From contig JAQGDQ010000108.1 in assembly GCA_030141605.1 (NCBI GenBank), forward strand, positions 124,001-188,000: a stretch of DNA of 64,000 nucleotides. The letters run 5' to 3'. The stretch is from Tubiluchus corallicola (Eukaryota > Animalia > Priapulida). Under the pieces are notes generated by a model. The model had not been told where the DNA came from, made no database searches, and worked only from the letters and a program-made list of their open reading frames with translations. This document shows positions 12,067-24,430 of this stretch, one piece after another (position 1 is the stretch's first letter; the number at the start of each line of letters is the position of its first letter). The translations under genes were made by a program, and so were the position numbers.

Positions 12067-14411
12067 CAGACCTGAGACGGATCAGATATCAGACAGATCA
12101 AACGAAAGACTTGCCACGCACCACTGACAGATCAGATTTCAGACTGATGATGTCAGGTCAGACTACAAACAGACCAGCCACAGAGCAGATCTCTGATAGA
12201 TCAGACTTTAAACCAACTAGACCTGCGAAAGAGCAGCCATAAATCAAACCAGAGGCGGGCCCACTTCTAGAACAAAAAAAAACTGAGCAAGCCCAATGCT
12301 CAGACAAGAGTGAGAGTATGACAAAACCCAACCATAGACTAGAGCAACCTGTTACACCACGCATCAATTTTGTTACATAATGATTGTTACATAATGACGT
12401 AACATTAGTTGACGAATTTTGTGTTTTGCTACGTAACGCAACAGTTTGTGTTACGTAATATTGCATTGTTACATAATGGGCCTTTTGTTACATAGTAAGC
12501 CTTAACAATGTTACAGTTTGTTTGAATCCGTTTGGCGCTCATCAGGCGCCGCATGTTATGTGTCGTTCTTGCTCCTATTATTTCTCCTATTCACTTTTGT
12601 TTTCGTTTTATTATTGTGGCGAACCTTTTCGCAATAATTTTCACGACGGGTATTTTTAATTATTAGACAAACAAGTTTCTTGTTGCAATTTCAGGTGGCA
12701 CCACTTCCATTTCTAAAAAGATCGTGGTCTCATATTCATCGTAAACGAATGGCTCATCTTCCTTGACGTCGTTTCTTGTTTCGCCTGAAGCCGTGTCTCA
12801 TTATTCTCTGGGTAACTCGACACCACTTGTTCGTCAGCGACTCTGCACGGATGCAAACAGATCGTAATTACTGCCAGAATCAGGAATCTGACACGTAGAT
12901 TAATAAGCAGACTGCTCGTAATTCTAGTTTGATGGTCGCGCAATATGAAACCCTTTACGGAAATGGAAGGAACAATGACAGTTTTAACTATCTATGGGGT
13001 TTCTTGCAGTGGATTAGTTTGAATGCCATGTGTATGTAAGCAGCGCGAGGTCAGTATTAGTTGTTTATTAGCTAGTGATGGCTAGTTAGTTTGAATTATA
13101 GGTATTGATTTAAATTCAATTATATTCATTTTAATTTTAGTCGTGCTTTCGTGGAGTAAGTTTAAATAATGCAAATACGCTGTTTTGTGCCCTTTACTAT
13201 TACAGATTCAGTTAATAAACTGACTAATAAATTAATTAGACATTTGCTGCTCGTCTGTTTATCTTATTGATCAATTTGATGAGAGGTAGACTGACGCCTG
13301 ACGCCAGACACAGTGACTCACTGATGACGGACCGACTAACTGTTTGGTTCACTAAGAAGTTATTATAAATAACGAAACGATCGGCCAACTGACTAACCGA
13401 ATGACCAGCTGCTTGTCTCATTGACTATGTTACAGTCTCGTACTTGATTAGCATCAAGTAGCTGACAAATAGAATTATTATTTATAGGCTGTTTGGCTAA
13501 CAACAACTGCAGTCAACAACTGATTCACGTAACACAACAACATAATCCATTAGAAACACAATGAAGATGCATTATGTCTACCCAGCACTTGCTTCCGGAC
13601 ATTTTCTACGAAACTTGATTCCTGTGACACAAAACGTTAATTAGACTGTTCTCATTCGTATTCGTCTTTTAAGGTGGAAATCAAAGAATGTCCTGCTGAG
13701 TCTGCTTGACTGACGAAATTCTGACGAGTAAGAAACAATGAATAAGATCCCGAGGTCTCGGCATAATCAGATCAGTTCACTCACCGCAGAAATACTACGA
13801 GGATGAACGTACAATTTTTGACGTTGCAGAAGTTGCAGATTCTGATGTTGTAGGCACGAGGCAATGGGTGCTGAGTTTGCATTTGGATAGTTGTAGCGGA
13901 ATATGTTTAATTTCAAAAACAATTTTCTCATTTGAGAAGTTGAACCGTCAGTGTATAAACCATTTTGAACGTACGCACATCCTTCGTCAGTGGAAAAAAG
14001 CCGAAGTGGTGCAGCAGTAAAACCTCTGGCCGTTCATTTACGAAATTAGTAAATTCATTTACTAACTATCCCAGTATTGTGTAACATCGCTACCAATGGA
14101 CCCATCACCCTCCAGCTACCTCTTCTGCACACGTAATCCAATACTATTCCTTAAACCAGTTAACGGATCTGGAGCCTGAACCTTACATGTACAGTGTACA
14201 CTACAAAAGTGAACTGAATCTGCTAATAGAATTGTATTTTCCGTTGTTACCTTCATTAAGATTGTTACCGCCACTTATTAATGTCACGAACTCGTGAATG
14301 GATTTTTACACTCCATATTTTAGAAATTCTTTGGTCGTATTATGATAAACTATAATGATGAAGCTCCAACGGGTATTTGAGGTAAATATGTTGGCGTTGC
14401 AAATGCTAGGA

Positions 14412-15250
14412 GAGTCCGGTGAGTGGTAGCACAGCGCAGTTATGCACATAAAAGTAACAGTAAAATCGTTAATAGGTATTTAGGACCAGACAATAGGAAT
14501 ATACTACGCAGAGTATACGCAGTATATTCCATTCTGTGTTCAGAACAAATTGAGTATCTCTTACCAGAGAGAATAAAGGTGGCATAAACATGTATGATAC
14601 GCTTTCCGTCTAACTTTTTTCTGTGTCATTACAATGTTGTTCTGTAAGTATACTTACACTTACACAAAATAAATTTGGTAAGAACAGGTAACAAATAATA
14701 AAGGATTTTTCCTTCTGGCCTCTGTTAGTGGTTTGGTAATTTTAACAAGAAGTCGAGCAGTCTTTTCAATTATAACGCGAATCTCCTTGCCACGTGGGTT
14801 ATCCTTCCCGACTGCATGGAATAAAGTTAGTGAAGAGAAGGGCTGTCGTGGCTTCTATGAGATAACTATTGTTGTCGCGAGTATTGTCGTCAACCAGTTC
14901 TTTGTTGTGGCCTGCCTTCTTAGAAGTCTTACTGTCAAATGCTTAGAATCTTCATAATATGTGGGGATTAAAATTTCTACCCAAAGATTATCAATTGAGC
15001 TTGTATACCTTAATGTTATCAATGTCACTCTTTCTATTGGCCTAAAATCCAAAAACCTTTGTGAGCAGAATTTGCTTTCACCTGCGTAATCAGCTCGAAA
15101 TCATAGACAGACATGCTTGGCATGTCTTTAGTAGCAGCGCAGATTCTTCAGAAGTTATCGCTGCTGCTATTCAAAGACATGCAACACGAAGTTCGTTGTT
15201 ACGCGAATTTGATGGATTTTTTGGTTCTTTGCTTCTTAGCGTCATCTGCA
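14412..15250 (+). pseudogene. Decayed tandem duplicate of the GRL gene (upstream region plus part of exon 1)
   Basis: Aligns by eye to 16615-16895 and 17303-17850 (e.g. aaagtaacagtaaaatcgttaa; ggattaaaatttctaccc; gttacgcgaatttga). The start-codon region is deleted, frameshifts split it into ORFs 14733-14957 and 15061-15285, and no exons 2-4 are seen. Confidence 0.88.
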
Positions 15251-17032
15251 TCTATAACTACGATGTGATGGCTTCGATAGTATGAGTACGACTTAAAAAT
15301 TGAGTTCATTACCTCTAATACCATATTATTTCAATTTATGAATCAGTTCAATATACTGTGCTGTGCTGTCTATTGAAATGCGAAGAGAGCGCCAACAGTA
15401 TAAGTTCATTTAACCACAATAAAAATTGCCATAACAGCAGTTAGGTGATCTTCTTGAGGACCATTTTTAGACTTTAGGATTATGCCATTATTAGCAGACC
15501 ACAAAGTGTACGGAACACCTGGGTAACGACGACCCCCTTCCCACTGGCTTCGTGCCTCTGCAACAGAATTATCTTCAACATTACTGTAATCACCCCTGAA
15601 TTAAACATTAAGAAATATAAGCAAAAAAAGGAAGAGGGCCGCACACAGTTTTTGCAAATCGAAGAACTAGCTAAAAATAAAATATACCGGAATACGTTTG
15701 GCGGTTTCTGTGTTTGTGTACAATTATGACGGAGGGAATGAGCGTCCTGAAATTCTGGCTACCGAGCAGCAGCCTGAGCTGATGACATTGATTGATAATT
15801 CAACTGTGATAATGCTGATAAAAATTTAGTGATACTGAAGTTAGGACAGTGTTGCTTTTGAGTGCCTGAGCATTTACTGTGAATAAGTTATCTCACTTCG
15901 AAAGATAAAATTTCATTTTACAAATTGTATTGTTTTCATTTCGAAACACACATATATGAGGGTAACATAATCTTTTCAGTGCTTAGTGCCTGTTCAAATC
16001 TTAATCTGGCCCGTTTCTGTTTCATCTGCAAGCACAGAAGGACTTGAAAGGCCAGCATGCTCACAAAACAACGGAAGAGAATGTTGCCTAAGGTAAATAG
16101 AATTACATATCAGAAAAAGTGCAGAAAAACGTTGACACATTTGGTGATTTTTGTCAGTAAGGAAAAGAATTGAAGAGAACTGAGCTTATGGGTACGAAGA
16201 AAAGTCACTCAGTAGACGAAGACCTAGCTGAGTAAACAAAAGTGACTCTGTTAACGTTTGTCGTATTCTTGTGAGTTTCATTTTGTTACTTACTGAAAGC
16301 CTGGAAGATGCTAAAATGGGCAATGTATTTAATGGTGACATTTGCGCCATCTGGTGCACGTTAAATGCACTTTTTTGGTTTAAACTACAAACGTTTGATC
16401 TTTTACTTTCCTACATTTTCAATACTAGTAGTATTGTGCTTTGAGGATATTCAAAAATACAAGTTTACAGCATAGGCAAGCTATATCCAGATATTATGGA
16501 TATGCACATAAAATCTACGGATTGAGGCTATGCATATGAATGTGAATTGTCATATTCTAAATAAATGAGGCAAATATGCTAGCGAGACCAGTGTATATAC
16601 TTGTGAGACAACATACTCCAGTGAGTGGCAGCAAAGTACAGCTGCGTACGTAAAAGTAACAGTAAAATCGTTAACAGATATTTAAGGCAAATTATATCTC
16701 TCTTACGTGCAGGGCACAGTGAATATGGTGGCATAAATAAGTATGACAAGCGATCCATTTCACATCTGTGTCACTACAGCTTCCTGTACGTATACAAACC
16801 AGATGTTCTGGGCTTCCATGTCATTACAATGCACTGTAAGTCTACATTCATAAAATAAATTTGATCAGAACAGGTGACGAAGAATGACAAATAATACGTG
16901 AGACAGGAACAAACACTGAAAACTGCAGATACTTGATGCTAATCACACACTAAAGCAGGCAAAAGAAAGGAGTTGAAAAAATGTGTGCAGTCGCTATGTT
17001 GAAAGAGCTGCAGAGTGAATGAGAAGTTCAAA

Positions 17033-18004
17033 ATGAAAATGCAAGAAAAGAAAAATAATAAAGATGAACGTGCGTGTCAAAGCAATGATATCACAGTTTT
17101 ATTCTTTTTCATGCAAGCTAATGGCTTAATGTTTGGAAGCGCATTGACTGGGTCAAGAATTAAATGTCTGCTCCTGCACATTTACAGCTCTGTTTGTTGT
17201 TGGGTCACCTGCTTCTTGACAGTGTGTAAAGTTGTCGATGCAGTGCTTTATAGTGAAAACAACTTTGACAGCTCTTCTTTGATGTCTGCATCGGCAATTC
17301 TTTCTTTCCTTCAGGCTTCTGCAAACGGCTTCATAATTTTGACAAGAAGTGGAGCAATCTGTTCACTTACAACACGAATAACCGCGTCATGCAAACCACC
17401 CTTCCCAAATGCTTGGAATGATGTTAGTGAAAAGAAGAGCTGCTGTGGCTGCTATGTGATGATTACTGTTATCACGATTATAGTCATGAATCAGCTCATT
17501 TTTGGAGTTTACTTTCTTAAATGTCTTGCGTCAAATGCTTTGGATCTTCATAAAATTATCGGATTAAAATTTCTACCCGAAGATTATCAATTGGCATTTG
17601 AATACTTAGTAGTCGTGAATGGGATGCTTTCTATAGCAGTAATACATTACCCCAAAGTTCTTGTGTTCAGCATTTGCTTTCACCTCTACAAGCAATTCCA
17701 AATTATAAATACAGATGCCCAGGATATCGTTAGTCGCAGTACAGATTCTTCAGAAATTATTAATGCTTTCACTCGAAGACACGCATCTCGGACTTTACTG
17801 TTACGCGAATTTGAGGGATTGTTTAGTCCTTTACTTCTTAGCATCATCTGCCTTGATATCGCTGGTGTGAGTTTCCACATTTATGCATTTTTTTCTGCAA
17901 CACTTGACAGTGGAATGTTTGCCATCTCATATGTTATATACATATTCGTTATAACATGCAGTTCCATTATTCTTATCGTCGGCTGCATAAGACTCCACGA
18001 AGAG
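17033..18004 (+). CDS. Gustatory receptor-like (GRL / 7TM ion channel) protein, large exon 1
   Basis: 972-nt ORF with about six hydrophobic segments, no signal peptide, and GR-like motifs (ICFHLYKQFQIIN, RRH..RTLLLREFEGLFSPLLL); donor GAG|GTTGGT, phase 0. First ATG at 17033. Confidence 0.88.
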
Positions 18005-18050
18005 GTTGGTTCAAATCTATATTTAATTACTATGCTTAATTGAATGTGTA

Positions 18051-18058
18051 GAGGGAGG

Positions 18059-18139
<81 letters not shown>
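18051..18139. repeat. (GA)n microsatellite
   Basis: Directly visible, GRL intron 1. Confidence 0.95.
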
Positions 18140-18140
<1 letters not shown>

Positions 18141-19220
18141 AGTTAGAGAGTATTAGATGCAAACAGCAGAACGGTACAATTAAAGTGGCTATCGCAGGAA
18201 CAGAACTGTGTATAGCTACGAACAGGGTGTTGTCTTGTCGTCACCATTGACACTGCCACTGCCACCGCCACCACCAGTACCAGCAGCACCAACGACATTA
18301 ATACCACTACTACTCTACATGAATAGGATAAACTAATATTTGCTTTAACGCAAGTGTAAATAATGTGGAAGCCAAAATTGGGGTGCTCCGGACAACTCGT
18401 AACTTTACGCACCTTTCGACGGCAGTATATTTTGAGTTTCGCTAATTGCAGCCAAATCGTTAAGTACACGTAATTGCGGTACTTGCATTACACCTAAATC
18501 GCTCACGCATGCGGACCCTAAGTACATATGCTTTGAGTGCTACGTGAATCGTGAGTTCCTTAAGCATACCTAAATCGTGCGTACGCACAAAGCGTATGCT
18601 CAGCACGGTATATGAATCCGAGTCCAAGACCTGAAAAAATACTTGTTTGACTCCTTCGACAAATTCAAAGCCATAGTTAAATATTTTGTATTAATTTGTA
18701 AACGACATCGCATCAAGGGGAAGAGTTGTTAATCTAAGATGTTACTGTCAGTTCAGTAAGTTTCTCCCAGTAAGTCCCTGTAATATCAAATTTATACTGT
18801 TTAAACAAAAATGTGGTTTTTACAATTCCTCCTCTTGCACTGAGTGCCGCATTCTTGAGGTTTTTGAAGTGGTAATGTTATGTTTTGAATTTAACAAAAG
18901 AATTATACAAAATAACATTTTGAGCTCTCGTTAGAAGATTTCATAAAAACATTTAGTTTCAGGTTTTCAGCACGCTTTCTGCTTAGAACAAGCATTGCTA
19001 AGAATTAGTCGAACACACCGCATTTTATAGTTGTTTTCTTCTGCCAGTCATGCCGGTGCGAAACTACAGTTTGAAATAACGAATTGTATTGTCGGCTGTT
19101 TGTTACCTCATCTGAACTTCCCGATTACGCATATTTTCATTATTAGTAAGTAAATTTTAAACGGAAACAGACACTTACTTCATTCTTACTGTGTTGAACA
19201 ATATTTATTTTTTTCTACAG

Positions 19221-19289
19221 GCCCACAAGTTGGTAGATATCTTACTTGGAATTGAAGCATCAAGGTTAGACCAAACGGGAAATTTTGAG
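19221..19289 (+). CDS. GRL exon 2 (AHKLVDILLGIEASRLDQTGNFE)
   Basis: TTTTTTCTACAG| acceptor, GAG|GTATTT donor, 69 nt, phase 0/0. Confidence 0.82.
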
Positions 19290-19819
19290 GTATTTTCCCT
19301 CATCTCAGGCTTTTCGCTTTTCCTGTGTGCAACGCGCATGCTTCAATACTATGAATGTTACATGATTGTGGTTGAGTATTTAGTTTATTTTTGCACTCTT
19401 TATATGTAGTGGCATGTATTTTAATTATATTAGTTTACAAAAATTATGATTGTGAAAACTGTTATGATGTTTTTTAATTACTAAGATAATTATAATTATT
19501 AAATGCATATGTCTTAACAACGTTAACATCATTTTATGCACACTGTTTCATAGAATGCATTCACATCCTAATGTTAGGCAAGAGAGCGTGTCTAAGAGAC
19601 GGCGCTTTAAAGTTGATAAGAATTTAGATTCTTATCTCGTCACAGCCCATTCACATTGAGCAAATCTTGTTGATGATTGCCGAATTATATAAAAACATTA
19701 GAGTTTGCAAGGATGTACTAGTTCTGGCAGGGCCTATATATTGCGTATTCAAAAGTGGTCGTTTAGATAAAAATTGTTGTTATTATTCACTTTTACAAAT
19801 ACGTAATGGAATTTAATTT

Positions 19820-20377
19820 TTGAAAGAAAACCTGACTCCAACTTAAACTGTTAAGAACAATCTACCCTATAAAATATTGAAAAAACATACTATCTTTTCA
19901 AGAATGACACGTTAAAGAATTATTATCCCATGACGTAATTTCTTGCGGCTAGTTCTTTCCTGTTGCTTGCATTTCACCATTCGCTAGTTAGGCAGGCACT
20001 AGTGGCCGCATCTGGGAAACACGTTGCACAAAACAGGCGTTCTACCTCTCAGTTTAGAGGTGTTCATTCGTGACGTGGTGCACATGTTCCAAAGCTCTTG
20101 CGTGAGTATATCACACTGCGTATTATACAGTAACACTGTATTTCAATTTTCTCTTTTGCAAACACGTGCTACACGCTCGTAGTATGTTTGTGCTGTTGAA
20201 AATTATGTTCAGTCGTGATGTGGTCACCAGTTGTGCTCGGCTGCCGTTAATTAAGTTGTTAACCTATTATTTAATAACCAGAAACGATTCGGCATTATTA
20301 TGTGTCTTGAAATGTATTCTTTTTTACCGTACTTCAAAATGGGGTAGGATATGAAAAATAATCTTGCTTTTCTTTAA
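19820..20377 (+). mobile_element. TTAA-MITE copy B in GRL intron 2
   Basis: Colinear with 25696-26312 (aaagaattatta, ccattcgctag, gcaaacacgtgc, atatgaaaaat..tctt..ttt.ctttaa), more diverged. Confidence 0.75.
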
Positions 20378-20582
20378 ATACGTATTTAACATTCAAATTA
20401 TGCGCTATCACGTTTGAGTATTTGAAGATTTTTAAAATTAGACATTATTTAGGATAGACAACATTTCGTAGTCAATTCTGGGATTTCTACAATTTTTAGT
20501 TTTTTTACACATTCAATGAAAACATTATATCCGTTCATGATTTATTACACAACAATGATCATTTTGGCTTCTTTTATTAAAG

Positions 20583-20672
20583 GTAAATAGATTTGCGACT
20601 CGCCTTGCAAACTCTCCAGTTGGAGTTACTACAATGAACTTCTTTCTCATCAATAGGAATTTCGCGGCCGGG
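20583..20672 (+). CDS. GRL exon 3 (VNRFATRLANSPVGVTTMNFFLINRNFAAG)
   Basis: 90-nt phase 0/0 exon matching the GR 'L...P.G.T..nFF.INR' pre-TM7 motif; donor is GGG|GCAAGT (GC-AG). Confidence 0.85.
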
Positions 20673-20884
20673 GCAAGTATATTTAAAATAGTCCGGTGTA
20701 TAAATATATGTCTGTTAAAATCTTGACTCTACAATAACTTTATTGGTTGCAGTGAAATCATTATTGGTTAAGAACCTCCCACGTTTGTGTGCTTTCGTTG
20801 CCATTGTTCTTAACCTTGATGAAAATAAATTATGACTGTGATATTTCGACAACGACGATGGCGTCCCACAGTTACCATAATGCC

Positions 20885-21003
20885 AATAACGATAACGATG
20901 ATAATGATGATGATGATGATGACGACGACGACGATATGATGATGATGACGACGATATGAGGATGATGATGATGATGATGACGATAATAATGATGATGATG
21001 ATG
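20885..21003. repeat. (GAT/GAC)n microsatellite
   Basis: Directly visible, GRL intron 3. Confidence 0.9.
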
Positions 21004-21550
21004 CAGTTTATGTTTTTGAATTAGCCAAAGTCTCTGGGAGAATTTTTCCAAGGTTCAGTAGACTACTGCATCTCAAAATTGATCATCTGTTGTTTTACAT
21101 TCTTACAGTCTTACTGTCCCAGTAAAGATTTTCGATAATGTTTAATTCTTCCTTCTTTGTGCAAAAATACGCTACGATAAACTATACGTTTAATAATTTT
21201 TGGCTAGGTAATACATGTATGTAATACAGAGTAAGGCTGATCTTAGGTTACTCACATACAATTTCTTTGCAAATTGTTTCATTTGCAACATGATAAATAG
21301 ACAACAATGCTCTGTATACAAGGCAAGTCAAATTTTAGTGATGAATTTTGTAAATTGTTTGTTAAATTTATTTACTGCTGAAAAGTCGTATTTTTGGGTC
21401 ACAACCACTCCACGACTTTCAAAGGTCTTTTGGTATAGTATATATCTCAAAGATTTCGGGTTTCTATGTCAGTTATTAACGGTAATAATAATAAAGTAAT
21501 TTGTCGCTCACTTCTACTGTTTGGTTATTTTAATTAGAATTGAGAAAGAA

Positions 21551-21556
21551 GAGAGA

Positions 21557-21646
<90 letters not shown>

Positions 21647-21664
21647 GAGAGAGAGAGAGAGAGA
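21551..21664. repeat. (GA)n microsatellite
   Basis: Directly visible. Confidence 0.95.
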
Positions 21665-21788
21665 AATGAGGAGAGATTTCTGAATGACAATTTTTTTGTG
21701 TTTTGTTCTCTGAATATATAAACATATTGAAAGCTTACAGCAAACCAAATCTTTGTTACATATACATTACGTACACATGTAAATTACA

Positions 21789-21838
<50 letters not shown>

Positions 21839-22060
21839 AATATGTATATATATATATAACATACATATATGCAATATACAATATATATATTTTAATTTGT
21901 GTTGTATATATATAACGTATAAATACATATGTACATGTAAACTACATTTATATTATACATATTCAATATATATGTAACACAGATTTGATTCGCTGTAACC
22001 TTATTATTTCTTATCATGACTGTTGTCTTTTTCATTGCGTGAATGTTTTTCTTTTTGCAG

Positions 22061-22186
22061 ATTTTGAGCGCCTTATTGACTTACATCATTCTCATTGCGC
22101 AGTTTAAAGACACACCACCGACCACCTGTTTTTGTCCACTGCAATTCCAGGATCAGGAAAATACAACTGCAGCGATATTACCATAA
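22061..22186 (+). CDS. GRL terminal exon 4 (ILSALLTYIILIAQF...AAILP*)
   Basis: TTTTTCTTTTTGCAG| acceptor; encodes the TYhhhhhQF TM7 signature of the GR/GRL family; TAA ends at 22186. Joined protein 418 aa. Confidence 0.9.
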   Translation: MLSALLTYIILIAQFKDTPPTTCFCPLQFQDQENTTAAILP

Positions 22187-24312
22187 GGATTGCAATTTGA
22201 CATTCAGAGTTAGCCAAGCAGTTGAAAGTTGAAAGAGAACAATCAACCAATTAATTGTGATGTCGTTACCTTTATCTTTTTCTTTTCTAGTTTATATAGA
22301 TATTAGGTGTTGAGTATTCTTGTTCAGCACACAAGAGATTCAGAAATTAGAATGTGGAAATGAACTTACGCCCATAAGCCCTAGCTGAAATTTTCAGTTA
22401 CCGCATATCGGTCTAATCGGAAAATTATGAAATTAACAGTTAGTAGAAACGACTATTATGGGTGGTGCGTCTTTTGCCAGTCTTGCTTTTCTGTATAGAT
22501 GAGTGCAACATTCAAACACAAAAAAATTAAACAGCGTTTCAGGCTTATTAGGAGGTGTTATATATGAAACACTACTAACACGAAAATTCTGTCACTAATC
22601 TCAAAATTTAAAAGTATGTATTCGACAGTTTTGATCAGCAGTAAAATTGATCAAACTTTCTTGTAAAATGTTCATATATTTCAATCTATATTACGTCAAC
22701 CTACTTTTAATATTTATGTATCTATACTTATATGTTACGTTATGTATACTTATATTGTATTATATTTCCAATCAATTACTTTTTCTTCTAATATTATACA
22801 TGACACATATAATACTATACATACATAATACTATGCATAAATTTCTAATATGTAAGGTAACAAGTCTGTCATTACATTATTGTATTGTTAATTTATTTTT
22901 ATTATCGTTACTAGGATCACTTTTGGTAGCCTTAATAAGCTAAATATAAGTACAAATTTACTAAAATACTACTTTCAGAAGTTAAATATATGAACAGAAG
23001 AACTTTTTATAGCCGTTATTTGCGTCCACATATAAAAGTTTTAATGTTAAATAATTTTCTTTCTTTTGAATTAAATAGTAAACGCTTTTAGTAAATCTCA
23101 GTGTGTTTAAAATCATCCGCATAGTTTCACTGTGTACACTGTACAGACGCTTGGTGAATGATGACAGAGTTACGGATCGCTCGTAAAGACACTAAAAGTT
23201 ATTATTATCCGAATGTCACGATATATGCCTGACGAGAGAAGTTAAGTAACACTGAGCTTAGCTAGTACATAGATGGGTCACTACTGTGACTACTGCAACT
23301 TGGACGAATTTTTCAGCCATTCTGCTTCCGACAATTTACCTCTCGGGAAAAAGAAGCATTGCATCAATTACAAATTGAACTTGTGTAAAAATAGATGTGA
23401 CTGTCACCATGCGGTTACGCAGCTTTTGCCATTTATCCGTCCTTTTTCGTCTGACAAACAAAATCATTTTTTAGTTTTCCTATTTTCTCAAAGAGGCTCT
23501 GCTTTTCTTCTTCCTAAACAGTAGAAAATCGAACCGAATCTAAGCAGTAAATCTCTGCCATTGGATTTCTTAATTGGCCATCTCAGGTGTGATAGAGGGA
23601 CGGTGTAATTAAAGGGGTGGTTAATGACCCGTCGGCGTCATTGTCTACAATGTTTGTAATCCAAATGATGCATATTTATTAGAGATTTTAGGGCAAGTCG
23701 AAAGCGGATAAATAGGGACGACTCTTGATTTGGTGTAGCCGATCCCATTGTCCTCACTTTTTATTATGTATGGAAGTGATTTGTGACAGGGCGGTGGACA
23801 CGTTATCCGCTTGTTACGTCTACACTAATGATTTCCATAGTCACGTTGAGTCGTTGATGCACACATTATGCAATATAATATAACGTAATATAATTTTATT
23901 ACATTTTGCTGTATTTTTGGCACTTTAAAATTAATATTATTTCTACAATTACCGCCGCAATATAGACCCCAATATACTACATATTAGTTATTAAATTACG
24001 GCAATTAAATCTGCTGCTAATTTTACTAAAATACCCATTATTTAAGCACTTTAAAAAGTGTTTAATTGCAAATATTAATAAAACTATGTGCCATTTAATG
24101 TGTTTAATTATGTGTTTCTCATTTATTTAATAAAATAGAAAAAATTAAAAACAATGCGTTAATGACTAGTTGCGCAGTAAATTGCTGTTCTGAAATAACA
24201 GTTTTTACTTATTATAATCTCAAATCTAAGTCAACAGAGAACGCTGGTCAAACTACAATCTTACTACAATCAGCGTTTCCGTTCTTATTTTGCTACGTTG
24301 AAAACATTTTTA

Positions 24313-24314
<2 letters not shown>

Positions 24315-24357
<43 letters not shown>

Positions 24358-24430
24358 CATTGTTATTATTACTATTATTATTATTATTATTACTATTACT
24401 ATTACTATTATTATAATAATTATTATTATT
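24315..24430. repeat. (TTA)n microsatellite
   Basis: Directly visible. Confidence 0.95.

Noticed and set aside
13693-13722. Hammerhead-ribozyme-like core CTGCTGA-GTC..GAC-GAAA
   Set aside because: Core deviates from CUGAUGA, and no stem I or valid NUH cleavage triplet can be formed.
12695-16092. Scattered splice-like signals (acceptors ~12694, ~13673; donor ~16093) suggesting noncoding exons
   Set aside because: No open frame and such signals occur by chance; needs transcript data.
22540-22960. Faint CR1-like RT C-terminal remnant downstream of GRL
   Set aside because: Similarity too decayed to support by eye.
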